From contig NC_134479.1 in assembly GCF_964194025.1 (NCBI RefSeq), forward strand, positions 25,420,001 to 25,484,000: a stretch of 64,000 nt of DNA, given 5' to 3'. Origin of the DNA: Convolutriloba macropyga (taxonomy: Eukaryota). Below the pieces are notes generated by a model, which saw only the letters and a program-made list of their open reading frames with translations, was not told the origin of the DNA and made no database searches. Positions within the stretch are counted from its first letter, which is position 1. Every line of letters begins with the position of its first letter. The position numbers and the translations under genes were made by a program. Of the stretch, positions 1 through 11,262 are shown piece by piece.

Positions 1-136
1 AATTTTGTCTTACCAAAAAGTCTTGTGGTCTATTAAAGGACTGGTGGTCAATCTGTCTATTTTATTTTTAAGTTGTTTCATGGAAGGCCACTAGCGTCTA
101 TCGCGGCTATTTTCCGGCAATCTGCCGGCTATGTTT
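1..136 (+). mobile_element. 3' end of a non-autonomous Helentron-like (HINE) element, family A
   Basis: CGCGGCTATTTTCCGGCAATCTGCCGGCTATGTTT (subterminal IR, CCGGCA-ATC-TGCCGG hairpin, T tail); the preceding ~100 bp match 42765-42866. Confidence 0.7.
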
Positions 137-1635
137 TAAATTAAGATAGTCAATATTTGTGATTTTAAAAACCTTTAATTTTAAAAACTTTAATTTCAAC
201 CGGATATTTTTGCACCGTTTAAAAATGACGAGCAAGATTTGTCGCTGAGTGTACCAATTGATTTTAGATATATATGATAGATTTAATATGGAGATCACCG
301 GCTACGCTTCCGACATTGTCGAAGAAACAAGCAAAATACAGCAGAGGAAGATTGCAGGCTCTTGCAATCAGTGGGTGCTTGGGGGTGTTAGCTTTTCCTA
401 TTTGCATTAATACGTTACAACGACTAGTTTGGAAGCCGTTGAGATTGACTAGTAATTTGAAAGCGGCCCCTTTGTTTGGTAAGTTAATGTTTTCTCATAC
501 TTGAAAAACACTGCGAACTTTTTCAAGAAATCGAGTGATTTTCTGTTGGTCTGTAAGATGTTGCTTTTCGATGAAGCGTTTCGTAATTGCTCAAACCATA
601 ACTTTTGCAGTCGTGTCTTTGTTTTGACGAAATTATTTTTGACTGACCATTTTGACTTTTCGGGCGACTCTTACGATCTTGACTTTTTGAATTTTGTGTG
701 ATCTAAATTGTTCTTTCACATTTTTGAACAGCTCAAAATTTGTTGGCCACAATTTACTACTAAAAGAAAAAATATAAGCTCTAGTAGCATTGTTTAAGGC
801 ATTTAGTGAAACTATTGCCCCGCTATCGCTTTTACTACCGCGCCTTCTCCGGTTGAAGCAGGCACCAGTGAAATGGAGTCCTTATCGTTCGTTCGTGATC
901 AAGTTTTCCGATATTAGTAGGTTATGATAATTATTTTGACGACTGTTTTGTAATGTATTTGTTCTTTTTGATCGTACTTTTTCTGGTTAGTTGGTTTCTA
1001 AGGCTAAATTATTTTTCAATTGCGGTAGAAGATTGTTCAATTGCGGCGTCAAGTACATGTACATTCAGATTGGCTTCAAGTGCATATACACTCCGTTGTT
1101 TAATCTCAACGAAATTTGATAATCAGTTAAAGGACGAGTTTTTCTCTCATTTTTTAGTCTATAACATTTAAATAAAAAATAGCTACTTAGTTAGTTTTAC
1201 TTGAAATTTCAAAATCAAACAATTTTATTCTTAACTTGGATCAACCTAAGGATTGGTTTTCTTCAATTAATCTTATTAAAATGTATGAACCCTGCTATTA
1301 GAACTGTCTATTTTCTGTCCATTAGAACTCTTTCGTGGCGTCAAGTCTTTGCTGATATTGTTTTTGTTCGAATTTGCTCTTCGACTTTCATGATCTAATT
1401 GAAACTGAATGTTTATTCCACTTGCGATTAAAAGTTTGTATAGTTGAACCGCTGATCTTGATTTACGATTTGATGCTAAAAGGAAGGTATGGGCACGCTG
1501 GTCAAAATTGATTGGCTTATTATCGATTTATATTGAAGCTTTTTTAGAGTGGTCTTTTGTGTGCTGTACAAAATTGAGAATTCTATTCAATGAGACATTG
1601 GCTATCTGTCTTAAAGATTTTTTTCCAATAAGATT

Positions 1636-4490
1636 TAGTAGTAGTAGTGCAGGATTTAGAGTACGACTCTTGAGTTTCCACCCAATTTACAGTTCAGATC
1701 AGTTTTCTTCTTTAGTATATTGCAGTTTCGACATCTTCAAATTACTCTCCATGTGCATTTGTTCTCTTCCACATAATGATTTGTGAAGAAATTCCAGTAT
1801 ATTTTCTGTAAAGTAATTTTGTTTAGGGTCTTTCCATAATCTCATGCGCAACTCTAGAAAACTTGTTGAAGAGCAATTTCGTTCTTCTAAAAAGCTATCG
1901 TTAGTTTTGTTAATTCTCGCTTTTGTGGTTCGATGTTCACCTCGTTCGGTCTGACGTGTTGTTTCTACTACTTCTTCAATATCGCTAATAACTACATCAT
2001 AATCCCCTCGAATAATAGATAATAGAAGCAAAAGATCGTGCATTTCTACATAGACTCAGTAGTAACAGTTTTAAGGTCACTAAGCGATTCCGGTAGCTCG
2101 ATTTGAGTTGAGTATCCATTTCGTTGCTTGGTGTTGAACTTTTTTAAATTCGTGGAGGTTACTTCTACTTGGTAGCCATGTTTGAGAGGCATAGACGGCA
2201 ATCGGCACAACATATCATTTGTATGCATTTAGTTTCACTTTCCAGTCACATGAGCTTGACAAATTACGTTTTATTTGAAAGGGTGAGCTCATTGCTTGCT
2301 TTCCTATACTTGCTAAGGTAATTTTCATTTCAACTTAGATTTTGCTGTATATTGAGTCCCCAATTTCTTTGAGACTTTACTGATTCGAGATCTTTCTCCC
2401 CATTTTTTGCCTTGATGCTCCCTTTATTTATTAAGTATTTGAGATTTCTTTGTATTTGGTTTCATTTTGTTGGTTTCAAGCCATTTTTGAATAGTTTATG
2501 TTGCCTTATTCAGGTCATTTTGGTTGTGCGCTATCAATTTAAAATCATCAGCCTTTCAACTTCTTGCATCATTTCGGGCAAGTCATTGATGAACAGGCAG
2601 GAGAAACAGAAGTGGTCCAAGAATTGACCCTTGGAGTACACAGCTTGTGACAATTTGGAGGGAAGGCTCTTGGCCGTTTACTTGAACAAAGTGCTCTCTG
2701 TTTGAGAGATAAGACTTTATTAGTCCCCATATGCTTTCACCAATTCCAAGATATTTCAATTTTTTAAGACGACTTGCGAAACAGTGTCAAAGGCTTTGGC
2801 GAAATCAAGACACAGTACACTTAATTCTCTAGTTGCTCTAAGATCGTTTTAAGTTGTCTCTCTAAGATCGTTTTAATCAGAAATTTGATCTAGAAAAGTG
2901 ATGGACTGAAGTGTGGAAGATCGTCGCTTCCTAAAACCGTACTGACTTGGGCGCAACTTTCTTTCAAAAAAGTAGTAAAATTTGTCAAATATGTCACATC
3001 AGCCTAACTTCCTTCTTTAAACATTGGCGTTATCTGGCTTATTTTCCAATATGTAGGAAACCACTGTTTGTTTATGTATGTCTGGAAGAGTAACTTCATT
3101 GATTTACACAAAGTTTTTGGCAAATCATTAATATGAGTTTCCCAATTCGATCCGGTCCGGTGGATTTGTCTGGATTTAGATCACATAAAATATCGCCGAT
3201 TTGCTTTTCACTACATGTCAGTTTATTTAAGTTTCCATTAGTTTTCGTTGTTGCTAATTTTTCACACTTGCTAAATACTGAAACGAAATAACGATTAAAT
3301 AGTTCTGCCTTTTCCATGTCAACGGACGTCTCCTCATCATTTAATTTCACTGTTGGTGGTATCAAAGCGGTCTTCCTGATGCACTTCAAATGTTTTTTAA
3401 TCTTACTAAAGTTTCGCTCTTCAAAAACCGATTTTTCGAAATCTTGTCAGTCAATGTTACTCTACTGTTTGATTTGCTTTTCTAGCCTTATCAATTTAAT
3501 CAATTTGCTTAGAGAGCACTTAGTTCGTTTTTTGAGTGTATTCAGTCGTTTGATTAAATTTGATGTAAAACTTGAAATCCATGGAACCAGATTAGCTCGG
3601 TGATTGGTTATCCTCGCACAATTTTTTGTCAATTTTTTCCATAACCATTTGTACCATCGGAACAATAGTTCGTCAACATTGCTTTAGCAAAAAGGTAAAA
3701 ACGGTTCTTGTTGAATGCATTCATTTAATTTCTCCCCATGGTTCTTTTGAAGGCTGACATTGTAGATTTTGTTACGGATGAAGTTTCAACTTTAGACGAT
3801 TCAATTATTGTTTCGATCGGCTTGTGGTCAGAAAATTGTTCGTTATTCTGGAAAAGATCTATCAATAACCTTTCTTGATAATCACATTTTATTACCGAAT
3901 GAGGATTTTTACAAAGGACTACATCAAGTTCGTTATTAGAAAAATTACAAATTAAGGTCAATTAGTTTTGCTAATAGCTCTTTTTCGTAATCAAGCTTTG
4001 ACGACGACATAGAGGCCCAGTTTTTTGTGAGAAATTTAAGTCACCCGTTATTATCACTATCACAATGATTTTCAACTGCTTATTCATGGAGCTGCTGCAT
4101 TTCATTTAATTTCCATTGATAGGGGCTAGGGTTCGGTGCATTGTATATATTGCAAATCAAGATATCAGAACCTGTTATTGTCAAAATTTTCATGCTGAAG
4201 TCCGGGTTTTCAATTCCGAACTCTATATATTGGTGAGGAATGTTCATCGTGACTGCGATGAGAACAACACCATATTTGCTCTTTCGGTCTTCAGAAATTT
4301 TGCTATCGTTTCTGTATATCAAGTATTTATCAAGGAAAAGTGCTGACGACGGAATATCTTGTCTTAGCCAATTTCTAGCTGTATCGTATTTGGTTTTGAG
4401 AGAACAAACGTTAATTCCTCATTGTATATGTTTGCTATTTCTATCAATAGAATGAGAGGGTAAGTTTTGGAAAAAAGATAAAACTAAAAT
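1636..4490 (-). mobile_element. Decayed non-LTR retrotransposon ORF2 (APE endonuclease + RT), CR1/L2-like LINE
   Basis: Minus-strand fragments in the expected order: NWL..IYRND..VVLIAV, ICNIYNAP, GDLN, LDVVL, SDHKPI (APE); KAELFNRYFVSVF, KSTGPDRI, LDFAKAFDTV, QGS..GP..FLLFINDL, ADDFKL (RT); C-terminal CTWRVI*RCRNC; (CTA)n tail at ~1636-1648; many stops and frameshifts. ORF1 remnants may extend to ~5000. Confidence 0.85.
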
Positions 4491-5771
4491 AATAATCGGA
4501 CAATACGAGTGAATGGAAATGATCTATCCTTGTTTTTGGATGCGTTTGATGGTAAACCAAGTGTAAGGTTTGATGCTGATGCCATTTTACTGGTAACTTT
4601 GTTCATTTTGAATTGGTGCGCTAATAATTTTTCAACAGTTACACCCAAATACATGCTCATATAGGTTGGCTGTAGTCAGTCCACTTCTTCGTAATGTCTT
4701 TTTTGCGTGAAGTTTAGTTTAGTTTAGTTATAGTCAGCATTAAACAAGTTCAATTTACGACTTTCCTCACTTACATACGTTGTCGAAGGAAAGGGTTTTC
4801 AGTAGAGCAAGCGATTTTTCAGTACCAGTACCCTTATTGATAGTCAATTAGTAATAAGCTAAATTCAGAATAATCATCATTTGGACAATCTTGTTCCCTT
4901 TGCTTATGGGACAGTCAAAATGTATTTTAATCAATTCCCCTTGCGATAAAAACTGTTGCGTAACTTACCGGTGAAGTATCACGTTAAAGCCAAATTAACA
5001 CAAATCTGCTTCGTTATTAGACGAGCCTATCGCACTCTTTTAAACACTGTCGATAGAAGTGTGATAAACTCTTAGTGTAATCAGGGCCAGTGATTTAAGT
5101 TATGTAACTGTTCTAATCGCAACGAGAGTTGATTTAAATCAATACCACACTTTTGTTGTTGGTTTTAGTTCCCATCTGCACCTTCAAATGACTTACCTCT
5201 TTTTAAAATTGAAGAATGATATAGTTGACATACCAGGTAGCGGTCGGAGCACTCGTGACTGAGCAGCTCTCGAGCCTTGCTAGTCTCTAAGTATATCATT
5301 CACCGAAACTGTTTTGAGGAGACATTTTTGAAGAGAGTGAAGGGCGGTTCTTAAATGTTCGAACGGATTAACTCCACCTTTCAACAAATAGTTGATGTGA
5401 TATTGAATTATCTTAATTCGTCCTGGTTACAATTAATTCATAATTTTTTGCCGTCTTGAAACATCATTCTTTTTCATTCTCTCTATAGAAGTACGTCTTG
5501 GATCTTTTCCGACAATATCTTGATGGACTGGTCTCTTATAAGTTTCAGGAATCGTGTAGCTTTGTTTTCTGCCAAATCGTACTCATGTTCGGATTACATT
5601 CAGTTTTAAGTTATAAAATTATAAAGTTATAAATTATTAAGTTATTAAAGTTATAAAATTGTGTTGAAATTGTCAAATGATATTTAAACACGTCGCTTTA
5701 ACTTAACTGTACAGCGTTAACGGTTTCACTCTTGGCTTGTGTTTATTGATTTGAGCTGGTTTCTTATTTAG

Positions 5772-6103
5772 GTTTGATTTCTTTTTCCATCGCCCATGGA
5801 TTGGCAGCAACCGTATTTCATGTATCATTCACGACGATGAACAAGGAGGATCATGTGCGAATCTTGACCAGAAACAATCGTGACATAAATTTCAATCAGA
5901 ATATGCTTTCTTCAGTTTATGATGAAATCTTTGGGGCAACGCAGACAATTGAAATGAAACCAGTGATTGCGTCACTGCTGGCAAATCTGGTCATGTTTCA
6001 CATTTGTGGTGGGAGATTAAGTTCATTGCTTCCTAGTCACCTTTTGGCTGTTGGAGGTTATGGAAGGACAGGCCTATCCTGCTCTATCAAAAGCGCGTCG
6101 AAG
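5772..6103 (+). CDS. Internal exon of an uncharacterised gene (GGRLSSLLPSHL..VGGYG motif); upstream exon(s) not found
   Basis: tttag acceptor (phase 1) at 5771, AAG|gttaga donor at 6103, open frame; joins in phase 0 to the exon at 6500. Confidence 0.7.
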
Positions 6104-6499
6104 GTTAGAAACTTTTTTGGAGCCTAGAATTAAACGTTTAAGTGATTACACTTCATTTTTAGTCTTCTCTATTTCACATAATGGCGATTCTACTCAGAAT
6201 AAACGTTAAGCAAATTATAAGGTTTTACGATTCACCCCTCAGTTAAGCTAACAGATTTTGATATCAAGGTTCGCTTTGTGAAGTGCTCTAACTATATAAA
6301 TGTCCCATTTGGCTGAATTCATCAAAGCTTGTTTTAATATCCGTCTCTGACCGTTTCTCATAAATCTATGCTTATTTTAACATTGACACCGGCTCCGAGT
6401 GCAAAATTGGTGACATGAGTTTCTACGCAGATCATTTTTTCAAATTTTATCCTCTTTTGCTGAAATTGATCTCATTAGCAGGGTGTTCATGTGTTTCAG

Positions 6500-7018
6500 A
6501 ATCAGAAGGAAGCTATCCAAAAACTTGGCGCAACATATGGCTGTCATTCTTGTGGTTCAAAGCTGTACCTGCAACGCATGAAAGAGTCTATGAAATCTTG
6601 GATCAAATACCCGACGACGACGAAGCCTTTCATAAGCGATCATCAGCCTCCTTCAGGTGTTTTGATGCAGTCGTGGTGGAATCGTTGTCAACTGCTATTG
6701 TTTCAGTCGAAGCATTTCAAACAGGCTCTGTACCCACAGTGCAATAAGTGCTCTTTAAAGCAGTCATCTATAGTGAAATTCTTAGCTGATAGTTCTGCAT
6801 TATCCTATAATGGTGCTAACCAGTTTGTGAGTAAATCGTCGAATAATTTGATCAGTAGGTCGATTGTAGTTCACTCGTTATTCAGCTTCAGACTAAGTAT
6901 GTTTTGGTACCCTTTTCTGTCTTATTTTTACTTGACTTCTAACGATTTGCTGCTGATAAAGTTGTCGTTTTTACAGTTTCATAATATGACAATTAAGTTA
7001 ATTCAAAATGTGATTTAG
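6500..7018 (+). CDS. Terminal exon: zinc-binding HNH/His-Me-finger-like domain (GCHSCG..SDHQPP..YPQCNKCS..Q) plus hydrophobic C-terminus
   Basis: tttcag acceptor at 6499 gives ..SIKSASK-NQKEAIQKLG..; motif read directly in the ORF. Confidence 0.7.
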   Translation, partial: NQKEAIQKLGATYGCHSCGSKLYLQRMKESMKSWIKYPTTTKPFISDHQPPSGVLMQSWWNRCQLLLFQSKHFKQALYPQCNKCSLKQSSIVKFLADSSALSYNGANQFVSKSSNNLISRSIVVHSLFSFRLSMFWYPFLSYFYLTSNDLLLIKLSFLQFHNMTIKLIQNVI

Positions 7019-7120
7019 TTTGTCTGGTCTGGTTGCTTTATTACGTGTTTGAATGGGTAGGATACAACATTGATGGGAAATTAGTGACTTTTTTTACATG
7101 TTCTCGATTTAATTAATGTT

Positions 7121-8040
7121 TAATAGCCGCCCTCATCTTCTCAGCCGGCTATTATTGCGCTCGTATTTTTTTTACAATTCAAAGAATTTGAATTGTATTG
7201 GGGCGCTGTCTTTTTTTTTAAGATCTGTTCACACATTTTCATGATTTTTGAAGTAAAATTGGAGTAGTGATTTTGGTCACGCCGAAACAGGAAGTGGAGC
7301 GAAAAAGCGAGTGGTTTTGCGGCGTGAAATTTTTTCGCTCTAAATTTAAAGTAGAGTGAGAGAACGGTGTTTGAACAAAAATTCGCTTTCTCGCTAGTGG
7401 TTTTTTGTTCACATGCGGCAATTTCACTTTGATTTTTACAGTTTTTTCGATTTTTTGGATCGGATTTTTTTCGAAATGGTTTTTCCAATCCATTCATAGT
7501 CCGTTCTTGGTCTAGTTTTCTGTTTAGTCAATGAAAATTCTTTGAATTGTGTGTCAGGACTTGTCCTGCTATGTTTTTTTACTTCGTCAAACTTTTTTTC
7601 GCTTTACCATTTTGCCGCTTTTTCGACATTTTGCGTGAAATCTTTTTGACTTCTCTAGGCTAGTTTCACTCTTCTCTCATTCTGCTAAAAGTGAATTTGA
7701 ACATCAGTTGCTAAGCAAAGCAATTCAAAATGAACAGAGTCGGTATAAAAAATCAGAAATAGAAACGGGATAAACCCATAAAGCCCAATTTTAGATGCCC
7801 GCTATTTGAACGTCGTTCCTATAAGTCTTATTTACCATCTCTAATGCTTATTGTTATTGATGGTAGTCGCCTCTCTAAAACAGAAGTATGTTCAACTACG
7901 AAATGCCATCAAAATAAATCGGACTTAAAAAATTTTTTGTACAAAAATCTTTTTTTTTCAATATATTCTATTCGTTCAATCCCAATCATGCTTATTGGAA
8001 TCAACGGCGGCTATTTTCCGGCAATCTGCCGGGTATGTTT
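7121..8040 (+). mobile_element. HINE-like non-autonomous Helentron, family A, complete (~920 bp)
   Basis: 5' AATAGCCGCC and 3' GGCGGCTATT are exact reverse complements; 3' hairpin CCGGCAATCTGCCGG; T-rich flanks, no TSD; internal blocks shared with 14880-15425, 23400-23900 and 62596-63140. Confidence 0.75.
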
Positions 8041-8132
8041 GTTGTTCCAATTGCATTGTATTTCAGATACATTGCTGTTAAAGCTACTTCGCATTTACTG
8101 GATATCGAAAGTAATTGCGAATAACGTAGTGC

Positions 8133-8291
8133 ATGCCCAAAAAGTTCCCGCAACAAAATTCGAAGGCCGTTGAGGCCAATGCTCGCAAGACTGCGGCCAA
8201 GGAAGCAAAGCAGCAAGCAGATGACAAAGCCAAAGAGGACGCGTATTGGGCTGATGACGACAAGCATGTGAAGAAAAAGGAAGAACGCAAG
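8133..8291 (+). CDS. CCDC124: CCDC124 (Lso2/Oxs1 homolog) exon 1
   Basis: MPKKF..NSKAVEANARK..EDAYWADDDKHVKKKEERK, the conserved CCDC124 N-terminus; donor AAG|gtgagt. Confidence 0.92.
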
Positions 8292-10353
8292 GTGAGTCTA
8301 AAGCATCTGTCCTCTGCCCTTCATAGACTGTTTATTCTTGTTGTGGTTAAATTTTTGTAACCAGTGCTGTATATGTTAAAGTAGTCTGTAAACAAAGTAT
8401 CTCCAATCTCGACAAACACAAACCTTTGCCTGATGTTCATTGCGGCCTTTTCGGAAATCAGCTAAGTTTTGAACGAAACAAGCTGTTTAAGTGAAAAGAT
8501 TTGAGACCCATCAGACTCCGGTTTACTGAAGCCTTATATGACTATGAACTCAGATTAACGAGTTCTTTGATAGCCACTTAGTGGTACATCTACAGCTGTT
8601 ATTGGTCCCATCGTGTTTTGATGAACCGAGAAGGGTTTGTCAATGTGAAACTAGTTTTGGCTATCTATTTTTTTAAAAAAAATGACTATCCAGTAGCGTT
8701 GATTTTCACATCTAGCTATAATATCGCAAAAGTTTGCTTTCAAAGGTTGGCAAAAGGAAGTTTCTTAAGATTTTTAATTCTGTGATTGCCGACTTTCAAA
8801 CTCGTGTAATTTTTATTGCAACTAAAAGCTAGCTAGTTTTCTCCATTTTGATGGAATTTTAACATTGCATTGGTTGAATATTGTATCCAATTAAACAATT
8901 AGTGGAATCATTTTGTATTCTGTTGGTTTTTGTTTAAAATGTTCTCGATTTTGTTTATGTTTTTCATATTGATTGTTAAAAAGAGACTCGGTCAACAGTG
9001 TAGAATTATTTGTAAGTTAAGGCATTACGTTTCAAGGCAGTTGCTAGTTCGCTACTATAAAAGCAATTTAAATCCAACAATACAATACGATGTTTTAATA
9101 TCTGGTTGCACAAAATATTCAAATTTAGAACAAATTTGTCTGCAGAAAAATATCTAACGAATATATTTCAGAGACACAAAATATTGTCAGTACTCGAACT
9201 ACATATCTACGAAATGCTCAAATTCGTCTTGAGATCTACATACCAATTGCATTCTGAAAAATACATAAATGACTTGTTTTGAGAACAAAAGATCTGCTAG
9301 AAATGATTATAATCTTTTGCTTGAACCTTTTTGTAGAATAAAGCTGAAAGAATGGCTGTGCGATTTCGCGCCGCAAAACTTTATAACCTGTTAACAAAAA
9401 CAGAATCTCATTACTACTTTTTATAACTGCACTGGTATTGACATAAGTAATCTCTATCACAAATTGAAATACTCTTACATACTTAACAACAGAGCTTGTA
9501 AAAAAAATGTTTTTGTATGGATTAAATCTATGCTACCATTTACGTGCATGCGGCAGGGCTGTCAGAATAAGCCTGGTTTCTCTTGAAGGAGGAAGAAATT
9601 TTGGGGACCATGAGTTAATTTTCCGGCACATTTTCATTAATGATGCTGGAAAAGGGGGAAAAATTTACTTAATGTATATCCTTAATGTATGCATTCGTTT
9701 AACCTTTCAATAATCTCATAATTGAAATTTTGAAGGGAGAGTGTTGAGGACAATTTGTCTTGTTGTCGGTCCCCTCCAAGTCTCTTTATAGATTGATGTT
9801 TGTTAAAGTTTGTTTGTATTGAGTGCTTGGAGAATTTTTTTTCTTTTTAATGTAGAAATCTATAGATAGGCCTTTTAGCGCAAATTTGTCCACATCTGTC
9901 TTTTCTGGTCACAATGATAGTTTTTCTGTTATTATTTATACTTTACCCAATTAGTCAATCGGTTTATAAATTTTTCTGTTGGCATAAGATGTGTTGCTCA
10001 TACGAGATCGTTGTTGTTCATATTCGTTATAACTTTCGAAGGGAATGGCATTAGCACGAATTACATCACAGACGTTGCTTTTTAATGCAATTTGTCGCTC
10101 GATCGTTTTTTATCTGTCCAATTTTGACTTTTTTGCGGAGTCCAGAGTTTGTTGGAATGTTCGCAACCATTTGAACGTGTTCGAAAGCTGGAAACAGCAA
10201 TTTTTTACTCGTTCGGTGCTCTGAAATTAGTTAGCTTATTTTTTTAATTTAGTAATCTTGAAATTCGATGTAAATTTACAATCAGATTCTTATTGTATAG
10301 TTTGGTCGTTTTTGTTGTCAGTGGCCCTTTTCTTTTGGTATTAATGGTTTCGC

Positions 10354-10396
10354 GGCTATTATTGTAATCAGAAAATTTCTGATTACAATAATAGCC
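10354..10396. repeat. Perfect inverted repeat, 21-bp arms, 1-nt loop
   Basis: GGCTATTATTGTAATCAGAAA-A-TTTCTGATTACAATAATAGCC. Confidence 0.9.
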
Positions 10397-10491
10397 TTAA
10401 ATACTCAAATAAGTTTTTTTTCAGCTCTTTTATTGGCGCCGAAATCAAAGGTTCAACCGACTTCAGTGTAGTGTTCAATTTCATTTTTCAG

Positions 10492-10678
10492 CAAGCGCGT
10501 GAGCAGAAGAAAAATGACAAGCTAGAAAAGAAACAAGAGAACTCGCGGCTGCTTGAAGATGAGGAATCACAATTGGGAGGAAAACAGTCTACGAACGCGT
10601 CTGCTAGTAACTCAAGGATGACAAGACATGAAATCATGCTGGCCTCCCAAAAGAGCACCGAAAATGCTGCACAATCAG
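10492..10678 (+). CDS. CCDC124: CCDC124 exon 2
   Basis: tttcag acceptor, QAREQKK..KKQENSRLLEDEES..RMTRHEI, donor G|gtatat (phase 1). Confidence 0.88.
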
Positions 10679-10992
10679 GTATATTATGCAAATTAATAAT
10701 CAATGTCGCCTGAATGTAATGACAGTGGAATCATCGATTTTTTTAAAGTCCAAATTACTCAAACTCACAAGTATACTTAATTGACATCAGACAAATTTGA
10801 ATCTCAATTAAAGTCGTAGAACTATTCTGGACCTTGAGACGTAGAAATTGATATGGGACGATCTTGTTTTTAAAAGAATCTTCAATTTCTTCACAGTGCG
10901 CCGTTTAGAGAACTACTTGACAGCTGATTTTGTCGCTTCTTTGACCTAGCATGACCCTGAACTCTTGATTTTTCTAATCCAAAGGGGTTTAG

Positions 10993-11140
10993 GTGATGGC
11001 TCCGCTAGGCAAGGTGCTGCAGGATCCAACAAACTCGATGACGAAGATGATGACAGAGACCTGGTACCCAATATGAACAGAGAGATTGGATTGAATGACA
11101 CTGGAGCTAGAAACGTCGACGAAGCTATTGCGCAACTCGC
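10993..11140 (+). CDS. CCDC124: CCDC124 exon 3
   Basis: tttag acceptor (phase 1); PNMNR..ARNVDEAIAQL conserved; donor GC|gtacgt (phase 2). Confidence 0.85.
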
Positions 11141-11262
11141 GTACGTATTTTGTTTCGTTAAATGAGATATACCAATTTTAGACAAGCTTACTTTGACTCA
11201 AAAGATGGTTAATTGTTTTCAAACGAATATTTTAGCTATTTATACTAGTCCTGCTGGTCTTT

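Noticed and set aside
103-136. Hairpin plus T-run as a rho-independent terminator or bacterial REP
   Set aside because: Eukaryotic context; pairs with upstream subterminal IRs as a transposon end
140-1635. Possible second decayed retroelement on the minus strand
   Set aside because: Composition is suggestive but I could not read any diagnostic motif
6415-6747. Overlapping alternative-frame ORF
   Set aside because: No motifs; the other frame carries the conserved Cys/His pattern and the splice phase
7141-7497. Similar ORFs at 7141/7239, 14954 and 62675 suggesting a gene family
   Set aside because: Chance ORFs in shared repeat modules; frames and strands are not conserved
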